A DNA stretch of 64,000 bases from Orbicella franksi (lineage: Eukaryota), in the NCBI GenBank assembly GCA_964199315.1, contig OZ116700.1:33046001-33110000 (forward strand), written 5' to 3'. Position numbers and translations under genes: made by a program. This document shows, piece by piece, positions 45,201 to 52,300 of the stretch. Numbering within the stretch: position 1 is the stretch's first letter; each line of letters opens with the position of its first letter. The notes under the pieces were generated by a model. The model was not told where the DNA came from. It made no database searches and saw only the letters and a list, made by a program, of their open reading frames with translations.

Positions 45201-46517
45201 ACTAAATGAACTAAGGTTCTTTCAACACTTTCATATCAAGAAAGAAATCGGCAAGATTAAAACCCTGAAGTCTTCTGGAACGCAAATAAATGTTTGCTAA
45301 AATAAATAATTAAAAGCCAATTAAAACTTCCACTTCCGGTTGGTTTCAGCAAGTTCTCAAATTTTCAGATCTCGAGTTTTCTCGCACTTGTTTTAGTTTA
45401 TATTAGTTTACAATATCTCAGTGATGTTTTGTTGTCAACGGGTTTGAAAAGCAGCACAGCAAAAGGAAATTAACAGTATTAACCGAGAAGATTCTAAATT
45501 CTAGCTAGTCCTTAAAATTTGATTAAAATAATGCAATAATTAACGGTATCATTATTTGACATATCTTTGGTATGATATATCCCGTTGGCGAAGATCGCCA
45601 TGTGACACAGTCTAGATAAATTCGGAAACTGATATTTTACTCAAATTAATCGAATCCTTGTTTATATCACAAGTATACTCGAGAACCTGACAAAAAAGGT
45701 TAATTGAATAATGTGTGGTCTAACGTTAGCTGAAATGAATCCACGTTTTGCGACGAGAAACATCTTGAAGGGAAGTTCGGCCTTTAGACCACATCCGTTT
45801 GTAATTACGATGACGTCATGTTTGCGGATAAACTGAGAGAAAAAGGCATGATTAAGAGTTTAACCTGGAACTTTTTCTCAAAACCGAGTTATTTCTGTAC
45901 CGTTAAGGTCAAAATACGATACGTGTGTTGAAACTTCGAGTGGGCGCAGTGATCATTTTTCGCCTCGTGTCATGTACGAGCATACGTTACCTCAAGAGCA
46001 CGCAACTTACATAACATTACACGAAGCGCTCTGCAACGAGTGGCGGCCATTTCAGCGAAATCGCATGTTGAGACATCACGCATTTAAATTTATTCATACC
46101 TGGAAGCGCTTTGAGAACCTCGTCCACCATTCGCATTGTAACGGGCAGGGAAGCAGCTGCGGTCAAAAAACCGCTTGAATGTCGTTTTGCAACCCAGAGC
46201 CTCACGTCTTCTAACTTGTGTTGATGATCACAAGACGGAGCTCTTTCAATGGCGTTTATTACAGTAACGTTACTCAGTTGTGAATCTCTTCGATATACAT
46301 TCCTTACGTGAACATGGGCTGTGACGTGATTGTTTTTTTCTAGGGACAATCTCGTTATTTCCCCAGTGAAAGCTACATAACCTTTTCCAGTAAATGTTGG
46401 CAGCGGACAGAATCTTGAAAACTCATCACTGGCAGCAAAACAGACCGTCCTCAAAAGGCAGAAAGCTGCAAGAATTCGAGGAAAAACCCCCGTTATTGAA
46501 ATTCCTTTCTCTTTCAT
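42..46517 (-). CDS. Giant secreted multidomain ECM protein (NtA, 5 follistatin/Kazal, GON, at least 26 vWA); 40 exons in window, 3'-incomplete
   Basis: Exons (plus-strand coordinates, transcript order): 46100-46517, 42104-42361, 41055-41693, 40036-40248, 39132-39472, 38495-38729, 37699-37914, 36495-36716, 35335-35880, 34661-34879, 33787-34196, 32999-33158, 31771-32313, 30518-31075, 29662-29981, 28695-28926, 27342-27896, 26718-26966, 25799-26107, 24250-24572, 23207-23438, 22523-22771, 21800-22120, 20756-21313, 19501-20049, 18379-18939, 17237-17791, 14316-14837, 13142-13699, 12100-12651, 11348-11676, 10658-10886, 9682-10233, 8742-9308, 6462-7013, 5301-5858, 3641-4192, 2440-2988, 1418-1978, 42-605. 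All introns are GT-AG and the phases are consistent throughout. No stop codon is reached. Confidence 0.88.
1151..1401. mobile_element. hAT-like MITE
   Basis: Degenerate TIR CATGGTTACCACAG / CTGTGGCAACCCT; internal CCCTGAC subterminal repeats. Confidence 0.55.
1418..1978 (-). CDS. vWA 25
   Basis: IDLMFLLSSQS..RPDARQILVVMTD. Confidence 0.93.
2015..2060. repeat. (CAA)n microsatellite
   Basis: Seen directly; it accounts for the poly-Leu ORF start. Confidence 0.95.
2440..2988 (-). CDS. vWA 24
   Basis: VDVVFAISATA..RPNAKKVLVIIAD. Confidence 0.93.
3361..3583 (-). mobile_element. tRNA-derived SINE (Ser-tRNA-headed family), full length
   Basis: Head GGCAGCCTGGCTGAGTGG..GGGTTCGAGTC carries A and B boxes; same family as 21641-21760. 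Confidence 0.8.
3641..4192 (-). CDS. vWA 23
   Basis: VDLGFIISAGS..RPNVQKVLVIITD. Confidence 0.93.
4687..4810. mobile_element. MITE with CAG termini (hAT-like)
   Basis: 12-bp TIR CAGTGGCGGATC / GATCCGCCACTG; no clean TSD. Confidence 0.72.
4815..5030 (+). repeat. Interspersed CCAAT-rich repeat family, copy 1
   Basis: GAGTGTCGAAAAGTAA..GATTGGCTTAAAA..CGCGCCACT..CAATCAGAAGTAAA..CGTTTTCCCGCGC recurs at 22930-23185 and 33380-33670 in the same orientation. Confidence 0.7.
5173..5226. repeat. (TTG)n microsatellite
   Basis: Seen directly. Confidence 0.95.
5301..5858 (-). CDS. vWA 22
   Basis: IDVGLAISMTS..RPDAKKILVVIID. Confidence 0.93.
6462..7013 (-). CDS. vWA 21
   Basis: IDLGFAIGAAS..RYDAQKVLVLMVD. 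Confidence 0.93.
7436..8037. mobile_element. piggyBac-like MITE
   Basis: TTAA|CCCTTTGAATACCAA ... TTGGTGTTCAAAGGG|TTAA. Confidence 0.82.
8168..8370. mobile_element. Palindromic MITE
   Basis: 19-bp TIR CAATAGAGGGATTCGGCTA / TAGCCGAATCCGTCTATTG, plus an inner inverted repeat TTCATTTGGGAGGTT / AACCTCCCAAATGAA. Confidence 0.75.
8742..9308 (-). CDS. vWA 20
   Basis: MDIVFAMNANS..RPGAKQVLIVLTD. Confidence 0.93.
9682..10233 (-). CDS. vWA 19
   Basis: LDLGFAIAAGS..RPHAKKVLVVITD. Confidence 0.93.
10658..11676 (-). CDS. vWA 18 (exons 11348-11676 and 10658-10886)
   Basis: TNLAFAISATG..RPNAAK|VLVIITDKSSG. Confidence 0.9.
12100..12651 (-). CDS. vWA 17
   Basis: LDLVFAISATS..REDADRALVIMTD. Confidence 0.92.
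12688..12838. repeat. Compound (GACA)/(GATA)/(CA) microsatellite
   Basis: Seen directly; a similar tract lies at about 38795-39000. Confidence 0.9.
13142..13699 (-). CDS. vWA 16
   Basis: IDLCFAISATA..RPNARKVLVVITD. Confidence 0.93.
14316..14837 (-). CDS. vWA 15 (shortened C-terminal half)
   Basis: IDVVFALTATT..RPSAKKILVLLTD; 522 nt versus 543-570 nt for the other array modules. Confidence 0.9.
14988..16745. mobile_element. 1.76-kb non-autonomous DNA transposon with long TIRs and a TTA target duplication
   Basis: Left ATCAGGAGCCATCATCGGGGACGGAGACCGTAAGC..GATATGGGACAAT..TATTTTTAGAACAAATTGCGCCATC is mirrored at the right end (..GCTTACGGTCTCCGTCCCCGATTATGGCTCCTGAT). TTA occurs at 14985-14987 and 16746-16748. 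No transposase ORF. Confidence 0.85.
16891..17131. mobile_element. Truncated copy of the TTAGTATAAATCTACTAG element, ending in (GCCCTC)7
   Basis: Colinear with 25180-25378; the right end is replaced by the hexamer repeat at 17090-17131. Confidence 0.7.
17237..17791 (-). CDS. vWA 14
   Basis: IDLVIAISSVS..RSDAHKVLVVITD. Confidence 0.93.
18379..18939 (-). CDS. vWA 13
   Basis: VDLAFALSASS..RANATKVLVVMTD. Confidence 0.93.
19501..20049 (-). CDS. vWA 12
   Basis: IDIAFALSASG..RKDATHVLVVITD. Confidence 0.93.
20186..20354. mobile_element. Palindromic MITE (a deleted relative lies at about 30380-30483)
   Basis: GGCCGTTTCC..CTCAAAGCGAG / CTCGCTTTGA..GGAAATGGAC inverted arms. Confidence 0.6.
20547..20703. 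mobile_element. Tc1/mariner (pogo-like) MITE
   Basis: TA|CAGTCGAACCCCTATTAAGCGGCCA ... TGGCCGTTTAATAGGGGTTCCACTG|TA. Confidence 0.88.
20756..21313 (-). CDS. vWA 11
   Basis: VDVAFAISANS..RPNAWKVLVVITD. Confidence 0.93.
21349..21640 (+). mobile_element. tRNA-derived SINE with a CORE (MIR-like) central domain
   Basis: A box TGGCCTCATGG and B box GGGTTCGAGCC. TGTGTTCTTGGGCAAGACACTTTACTCTCACAGTGCCTC..GTATAAATGGG resembles the MIR CORE. Other copies are at 32406 and 63959. Confidence 0.8.
21641..21760 (-). mobile_element. 3'-truncated Ser-tRNA-headed SINE
   Basis: GGCAGCGTGGCCGAGTGGTTAGGGCGCTGGACTTGAAATCC..GGGTTCAAGTCCC (TGA anticodon-like loop); homologous to 3361-3583. Confidence 0.8.
21800..22771 (-). 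CDS. vWA 10 (exons 22523-22771 and 21800-22120)
   Basis: VDLVVAMCAVS..LPKPK G|SPTSPVLDQAL..RVNAKKVLLVFTD. Confidence 0.9.
22930..23185 (+). repeat. Interspersed CCAAT-rich repeat family, copy 2
   Basis: Homologous to 4815-5030 and 33380-33670. Confidence 0.7.
23207..24572 (-). CDS. vWA 9 (exons 24250-24572 and 23207-23438)
   Basis: VDVIFAVGATS..RPNAMK|VLVVITDD. Confidence 0.9.
24634..24989. mobile_element. Harbinger-like MITE
   Basis: TGA|AGGCCCCGTCCACA ... TGTGCACGAAGCCT|AA; degenerate TIR with an internal GTGTGGACGG repeat. Confidence 0.6.
25180..25378. mobile_element. Short non-autonomous element with 18-bp inverted ends
   Basis: TTAGTATAAATCTACTGG / CTAGTAGATTTATACTAA. Confidence 0.75.
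25799..26966 (-). CDS. vWA 8 (exons 26718-26966 and 25799-26107)
   Basis: IDLAFALSATG..MPRSST G|GPDLEKAL..RPTARKVLVVIMD; phase-1 internal intron. Confidence 0.9.
26184..26554. mobile_element. MITE with (GACGGC)n-rich inverted ends
   Basis: AGAGATTTCAAGTAACCGCGACGGCGACGGC / GTTGCCGTTGCTGTCGTGGTTTTCTTGAACTCTCT. Confidence 0.65.
27161..27338. other. Assembly gap (178 N) flanked by (TTTG)n
   Basis: N run inside the intron between vWA 7 and vWA 8. Confidence 0.99.
27342..27896 (-). CDS. vWA 7
   Basis: VDLGFALSASS..RPLTHKVLVIMAD; the donor lies just before the N gap. Confidence 0.9.
28695..29981 (-). CDS. vWA 6 (exons 29662-29981 and 28695-28926)
   Basis: VDLAFALSATAT..RPQARK|VLVIITDKKSG; phase-0 internal intron. 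Confidence 0.9.
29253..29323 (-). mobile_element. tRNA-like head (SINE or tRNA pseudogene fragment)
   Basis: TTGGTCGGTAGAGC..GTGGGTTCGAATCCCAC has A and B boxes but no intact cloverleaf. Confidence 0.55.
30518..31075 (-). CDS. vWA 5
   Basis: VDLGFALSASAS..RPNARKVLVVFTD. Confidence 0.93.
31293..31531 (-). mobile_element. tRNA-derived SINE with a V-domain-like core
   Basis: Head ..GGTGAGAGC..GGGTTCGATTCC; core GGTTTTTCTCCGGGTTTTCCGGTTTTCCTCCCTCCACAAAA; second copy at 51737-51974. Confidence 0.8.
31771..32313 (-). CDS. vWA 4 (first of the tandem array)
   Basis: LNLVFAINANG..IKYGLTVYG..VLVIMTD..VITVAMG. Confidence 0.92.
32406..32950 (+). mobile_element. CORE-like SINE interrupted by a MITE
   Basis: Segments 32406-32470 and 32718-32950 are colinear with the 21349-21640 copy. 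Confidence 0.82.
32471..32717. mobile_element. PIF/Harbinger-like MITE nested in a SINE
   Basis: TIR GGGGCCCGTTTCTCGAA / TTCGAGAAACGGGCCCC. Confidence 0.85.
32999..34196 (-). CDS. vWA 3, canonical MIDAS (exons 33787-34196 and 32999-33158)
   Basis: CVHSMDIGVIVDSSRSVG (DxSxS), GRTRTDKA (T), IVLTDGST (D), ..VLAVGLG..KDLC; flanking Cys pair. Confidence 0.92.
33380..33670 (+). repeat. Interspersed CCAAT-rich repeat family, copy 3
   Basis: Homologous to 4815-5030 and 22930-23185. Confidence 0.65.
34661..34879 (-). CDS. Follistatin/Kazal module 5 (missed by the ORF track)
   Basis: [49 protein letters not shown]..TGLC. Confidence 0.92.
35335..35880 (-). CDS. vWA 2
   Basis: VDLVFALGGAG..HVGIIDYG..KGLIVLTG..KIVAVAVG; phase 1-1. 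Confidence 0.9.
36050..36390. repeat. Tandem repeat, 106-bp unit, about 3 copies
   Basis: GAGCAGTACT-like anchors at 36061, 36167, 36273 and 36379. Confidence 0.9.
36495..36716 (-). CDS. Follistatin/Kazal module 4
   Basis: CKSLECKFYSYC..CKCPDPAAC..VCGTDGLSYDNICQLTAAAC..AGLC. Confidence 0.92.
36881..37059. repeat. About 180-bp imperfect palindrome (foldback element)
   Basis: CAAATGAAGAAGCCTAAGCCGTGTATTACACT..AAATGTAGAAAACAC | GTGTTTTCTACATTT..AGTGTAATACACGGCTCAGGCTTCTTTATTTG. Confidence 0.8.
37699..37914 (-). CDS. Follistatin/Kazal module 3
   Basis: CGWKRCHFYSKC..CECSP..PVCGSDGKSYNNLAALELAAC..RGRC; the third Kazal Cys is replaced. Confidence 0.88.
38495..39472 (-). CDS. vWA 1 (divergent; exons 39132-39472 and 38495-38729)
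   Basis: VHLMFAIDTTSM..YPK|AVVLITDGSS..VKVVVVLVG; phase-0 internal intron. Confidence 0.8.
40036..40248 (-). CDS. Follistatin/Kazal module 2
   Basis: DPCQSIVCEFYSIC..CQCPSNC..PVCGSDDMTYENECELQRHSC..AAC; phase 1-1. Confidence 0.92.
40805..40869. repeat. 13-bp minisatellite, 5 copies
   Basis: (Y)TTTGGAACGGAC x5. Confidence 0.8.
41055..41693 (-). CDS. GON domain (ADAMTS9/ADAMTS20/GON-1 C-terminal type)
   Basis: SC..DGEYVI..KVYCHGM..PKEYVTL..AGLTKFRKVRVD..DFTFA..AGDCFS..GHFKVDLTHTGL..KSKDGTLVSAKCGGWCGKCRP matches the ADAMTS9 GON motifs (PKEYVTL, TAGDCYS, GKCGGYCGKC). Confidence 0.92.
41871..42058. mobile_element. MITE with a perfect 9-bp TSD (Mutator/Merlin-like)
   Basis: TIR CAGATTCGTACCCAGTCACTATTT / AAATAGCGACTGGGTACGAGTCTG; CCAGAGACG at 41862-41870 and 42059-42067. 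Confidence 0.88.
42104..42361 (-). CDS. Follistatin/Kazal module 1 (missed by the ORF track)
   Basis: [46 protein letters not shown]..HFGQC; ten-Cys FS pattern; phase 1-1. Confidence 0.92.
43045..43206. mobile_element. Short MITE
   Basis: AGACTACAAGTAGTCCCTCTTTC / GAAAGAGGGGCTACTCGTGGTCT. Confidence 0.65.
46100..46517 (-). CDS. Exon 1: signal peptide and agrin N-terminal (NtA) domain
   Basis: MKEKGISITGVFPRILAAFCLLRTVCFA is a hydrophobic leader. CP..VAFTGEI..AHVHVRNVYR..TVINAI..SCDHQHKLEDVRLWV..ASLPVTMRMVDEV aligns by eye to agrin NtA (CP..VVLTGTV..CKVRVWRYLK..VVISGF..ICDNQVSTGDTRIFFV..SSLMRITLRNLEEV). Donor CCAG|gtatga. Confidence 0.8.
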
Positions 46518-49011
46518 CTTGGTCTTTTACCACATATCGTTGCTAATCGGCTTTCTGTTGGTTGATGAGAGCACGGCAATCTTTACCCTCAGCTCTTTGC
46601 GATTCCAACGGTGTGTTGGAAGTTTCGGACGCGCTACTGAAATAATTCAAAACAATAACGTGAATGAAACTAATTAGGGCGGCTTGTAAACAATGAAAGA
46701 AGAATCGATAGACCACAAACCTTTTGTCTGAGATAAACTGTGATTTTGTATTCGTCGTTGCGGCAACGAAGTGATGCTTTTCTGGTAGGACACAAGCGTT
46801 ACAATAATAAACTACGGTCGATGAAAAATAGTAATTTAAAATTTGAAGTTTTTTCGCTCAAAGACTAGCGCTTGGGAGCAAATTATTCCATGAACCGCTT
46901 GCCTTGTCAAAAGAACCCAGTGCAAAGCTGCTCTTGGAAAGCCTGTCTTTGTGGCAAAAATTACAAGGTGAGTCTGTGGGTTTATGTGAAATAATATCCT
47001 ATTTCACAGCTAGATCTGTCAAATATCCCCCCCGATGAAAGGTCAGTAAATCATTGCCAAATGTATTTCCCTTACACGATGAAATCAGAGATAACACGCT
47101 ATTTTTAGTTGCATAACACCGTAACACAAACTGGAAGATTATTTTAAACGAATTGAGCACTAAGCTGGCTTTCCCAGTCAAGGGGTTTTACATGGGTTTG
47201 GGCGTAGACCTCTGGTAAATTCCGCAAAATCAACAGAGAAAAATTTTCATAATTCTCAATAGAGGAATTGAATCTAGACTATGATTTAACCCTCATGACC
47301 TGCTTTATCGAACTTAGGGGAAAAAATGACAAAAGAAACCTCTGAGGACTTTGAAAGATCAGTCTTTCTTATATACTTTGAAATGCAGCTAAACTACGTT
47401 TCGGTGTAACATCACTACACCTCGTTTGCATTGACTTTCATCATACATTGCTCAATTGGTGGCCACTATAGCCTCTTCCTAGAAACGGCGCAGCGAAATA
47501 AAGGAGAGAGGCTCGCTGCGAGGCGCGCGACGCCCTTCTTCCCTATTTATACTTGCGTTAATTTTCGCGCTGCGCCCCAACTGGAAGAGGCTTGTGGTCA
47601 GTTGCAGTGGTAGCAAGGGAATTTGAAACCAAGGCTTAACTTTGGTCAACTTTCCTTTAGCGACACCGGGTCACGCCTCAAGGCTGGATGTATGTTTAGG
47701 TTCATAAGCGTAGTCTATTCGCAAGGACTAGTGTAACAGTATTGAATTCCAGATCCGATTCTCTTAATTTTTTCGTTATCATTGCATGCATGCAGAAATC
47801 TTGACTCAGCTCTACTCACGGGCATGTGAAGTGTTAACACGTCTCTGTAGTTCGATTCAGTGCTATAACGTCTAATCCGACTGACTTAGGAACATCACAG
47901 AATTTTGGAGATTCTCCAACAATCATCGTAAGATTGAGTTGAAGTATACAAAATATTAGTTTACCAGCAGACCCTTTAATTGTTGAAAGAAGTGAAAGAG
48001 CAATAACCTGCGTGGTGAAACGCCCAACTAAAAACCTGACCTGCGGTACACGTACACTAATTAAGCAATACGGCACTTTTTCCGTGTTTACAAAGCCTGG
48101 TTTAAACACGAGGGGGTTCGAGACGGTTATGTAAACCAGTACTCGATTGCTTTTATAAACTCGTCACAACCGAGTTTACATACTTCTCATCTAACCAAAC
48201 CTATCGACCAATGACAACGCGCGTAGTAGTTCAGTTAACACAAAGTGAGTCAGTGAAGCTGCGAAATAAACTTTCTTTATTGTTTAACAAAGAGGAAATG
48301 GATTGAAAGCCAGGGATAAATGCAACGGAAAGAGGTCATTTACGTTGTGGGGCAAAATGCAGACACAAACATTTGCCATCCCATTCAAAAAATTTTTTAT
48401 TACAGTATGTATGGTCAGGCGCTTAAATTGTTTGGTCGTAACATAGTGTCAGTTCGTTAAGTATCCTTTAAAGCACGACTTAGACAGGTTGAAGGAGTAA
48501 TGCTACATATATATCACTAATTCTGGCCAAACAGCACTGCCCGTTACTGTTCTTCAATGAGCCATCGTGTCCGAATTGTTTACGACAGTATAATCTTTCT
48601 GCACTTCTTTTGTTGCTAAAACATCGGTGCAAAAATGTTGAGTAAAACTCGACCAAAACCATGACAACTGCCGTTGTATGCTGTGTTAAACCAACAAGTT
48701 CTTTCCCAATCTGTGTGAAAAGAAAACAGAGGAAACAGTATCATATAAAAAGCGTCTTGAAAAACGACGAGCAAAACCCAGGTATTTTTACAGAAAAAAC
48801 AAGTTTTGAGAGCTAAACGACATGTCCAAGAAAACAAGACAGTCGCTCGAACCCAGAGTGCAGCCCAACATGCCACTACCCTCTCACTAGGCTGCGAGCA
48901 GGCTCACCTTTGAGTCACGCGCGCGAGCGGCGAAGAGCTTGTGCTCCAATGTTAGCCTGCTCGCAGACTACCCTCTCACGGAAATAGCAAACACCGCAAA
49001 GTATAAACGGG

Positions 49012-49161
49012 TTATTGACCAAGCGATGGGTCAAGACGGCTGGATATTGGCCAAGTTTCATTTTTGCGTGTTTCTGGACTTCGACTCCGTCTCGGTTCAT
49101 AAAAACGCCAACAAGAACGAGGCCAATATCCACCCATCTTGACCTCACGCTTTGTCAATAA
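49012..49161. repeat. Imperfect palindrome within an interspersed repeat downstream of BCAS2
   Basis: TTATTGACCAAGCG..GGTCAAGA..GGATATTGGCC / GGCCAATATCC..TCTTGACC..CGCTTTGTCAATAA. Confidence 0.7.
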
Positions 49162-49313
49162 AGGATTCATTATGTGGAAAAAGAACACTACTTTCTTGCG
49201 AGAAACATTGCGCGGGCAATCACGTCGCAGGATTCGGTTCATCTTGCCCGTTCACGGAGTTAGGCGTATAAACAATAATCTTAAAAAAATAACGTTTTAT
49301 AACAGAGAATCTC

Positions 49314-52300
49314 CTACACTAACCATCTTTCATCGTGTTGCTGTTTGAGTCTCTCGACTTCAGCCTCCAGTTCTGCACAAGCTCGTTCAATCTCATAATT
49401 CTTTGTCACCAGACCAACCCAGCTAAGAAAAAACAAAACAAAAAAACCGGCCATTAAATTTCTTGCAGTAAATAATAACGAATAATTAGACATGTTTACC
49501 TAGGAACAAATCTTCATTGCAAGTGTTAAACTAACCTTTGCTCCAGATGTTGAAGTTGATCTCCAGCCTTTGTCTGCAATAACACAAACAAACAGACATC
49601 TATAAAGTTAAATCTTGTGACAAGAACGTTGAGTCACTCTTGACATTGTCCACTATGTATAAGAGCGTTTTCATGGCATCCATATCAGTAGTCCCAAACA
49701 AAAGGGAATTTTTGTGTAAGTAAATAACTTGTTTCCAAAAGGAGAGAAAGGTAATGGGTTAGAACACCAACATGGCTACCATGACGTCATGTATTTCTGT
49801 TATTCTTATATGCCTCTCAAAACCCAAAGTACCTCTTGCAACAGGAAAACACGCATTGACAACAGCATTTTATCATTTCCCAGGGAGCAGAGAGCTGTAG
49901 ATTAAAGTTAACTGCCTTTTACATGAACCCCAATCAGCACTACTAGGTCTGTGGCATAGCATAGTTACTCTGGTTTCCTTGTTGCTGAGTGACTCATGGT
50001 ATAACACTTGTCCTGGACGGGAAGGTGGTTTTAATATTCTGGGGTGAAGAGGGTTACCATATCGTATTTTTTTTAAGGTTGCTCATTGTAAAAAATAAAC
50101 CTGTGGTACCTTTTTGAACATATCAGTGTGGAAAGATTTTGCTGTTAGGTTAGTGGACGCGCAACGGGCGAGAGAAGGTTCTTAGGGAAAATGTTTGATA
50201 ACACTGACATTAAAGTAGTACAGTATACTATAATAGATTACATTTGAAAGGAAGTTTTTGATGGCTAGTGAGGGGTTTTGTTTTGAATATAATTGTAAAT
50301 AATTTCAACTTTATGTAGCTAAGGTATATTTTGATATGTAAATAGTGACCCAATTAGTTTTTTTAAGCTAAATACAATTGTCACTTAAAAAGTCTTTCAG
50401 TCATTCATTCAGAATAGCATAGTCACAATTTGCTCAAGGGGCAATACCGCAAATTGGTTTTCTTTGCACCCTGCTCACGGATCAGTGGAAATCGTGACAC
50501 AGCAGGTTACCATAGCAACAGTATGACCTACTAAATGCACCCTTAATTACAGCTTTAGGGGCTTATAATTCAAAAATGGCATGGTGAAACTTTTTTATAT
50601 CATCAAATTTTAATGAGCATGATAAGACAACTTTAGGCAAAATTTTAAAAAATTCTGAACATAGTATTTTGTACAGAATTACTATGTGCTATGTACAGAA
50701 TTACTATGTACAGCATTTTTTACAACTTTGCCAAAAGTTGCTTGTTATCATGCTTATTAAAATTTGATGATATAAAAAATTTCATCGTTCCGTTTTTGAA
50801 TTATAAGCCCCTAAAGCTGTAATTAAGGGTGTTTTAAGCAGGTCATACTGTTACTATGGTAACCTATTGTGTCACGAAAATGCTTACAACACATTCACAT
50901 ATGATTGGGCAGTTTTTTGATACCATGATTGTACTATCAAGTGCTAAAGAGTGGTTATAATGACCCATCAAAATCTAAGTACAAGAAACTATTTAGAGCC
51001 CCCTTAACCATAACCTTACTTGTTCAGTTTTCCGCTGCCAGTTGACTTCCTGGATTTCTTTTCTAAAATATTAAAGGATGAAATATACAGTAATAACATT
51101 AGAATTATTATTCAGTCTTGATCATATCACATGTCCTTTTGTGACCCAGACTGTGTGCAACAAAAAAATGTCCACTTCTTCCCTTCCTCTATCACAGGCA
51201 TTCTAAAGTTCCTACAAAGCATGCATTAATCAAAGGAAAATCTTTTGACTTACTTGATGTCCATGAGTTTCTTTTGTTGTTGAGCCAGTATTCTTGTCAA
51301 AGTTTCATTGTGGATTCTCCAAGCAGCACTACCATATTTTGACAACAACTCCAGATTTTCAATTCTGAAGAATAATACAAAGAAAATCAAGAATGACAAG
51401 TTTCAGATCACTTGACTAACACCAGGATTGAACAGAATGTGAACACATTTTCTCAGCTTAGCATTTTCTCAACATTGGCTGGGTACATGTTATTGGATAT
51501 TACAATCTAAAACAGGGGGCTGTTTTTTGGAATAACAGGTTTATACTCTATGGAAACAGATCACTGGGGCTCACTGACAAATTCTAGTAACTAAAAGTTA
51601 AGTATCCAAGAATATTAACAACCCAATGAATTTACATGTACCAGTATGTAAGAATGCTCTGCATATCCGTGGAAGATTGTGAGGCAGTAATGTAAGTTAT
51701 GAACAACTGATAAATTTTTAAATTATAATATTTAGAGAAGACGCCACATCAGTCTTAGCTGGTTTTCATGCAGGTCCTCTATCCTGGTCGAATTGGAATT
51801 TGGAAATGTTGGTTTTTGTGGAGGGAGGAAAACCAGAAAGCCTGGAGAAAAACCCTTGGAGCAAGGCGAGAACCAGCAACAAACTCAACCCACATATGGG
51901 ACCAGGCCAGAATTGAACCCTGGCCACATTGGTGGGAAGCAAAGGCTCTCATCACTGCACCATCCCTGCTCCTCAAACTATCAGAAGTACATGTCATTCA
52001 CCTCTCAGCTTGATGTTCCAGCTGAGCCATGGAGTTATCCACAGCTTCCGTCCAGGATGTGATGTCATGTTTTTGGTTTGCAGTTGGTTGAGGAAGCTCA
52101 TATCTAATGATGAATAAAGAACTGTTAGAAGCTGCCTGGTATACAAAGCCAATATTGGCTTGTTGACTTCACTAAACAACTAAAATAAGAGCAGAGCTAT
52201 CATTGAGGGCTGTTACCTGTAACACTTTTTACAACTTAATATGCTTGATAGGCTTTTGATGTTACAGGTGAACTTGCACGTGTAAAGATTGAGGCAACAA

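Noticed and set aside
44954-45300. Possible nested plus-strand microprotein (MATQKELEVWLARDYF.. in an AACATGGCG context, plus ORF 45061-45300)
   Set aside because: It stops after 29 codons. Joining the two parts needs a 29-nt intron or a frameshift, and I recognise no homology.
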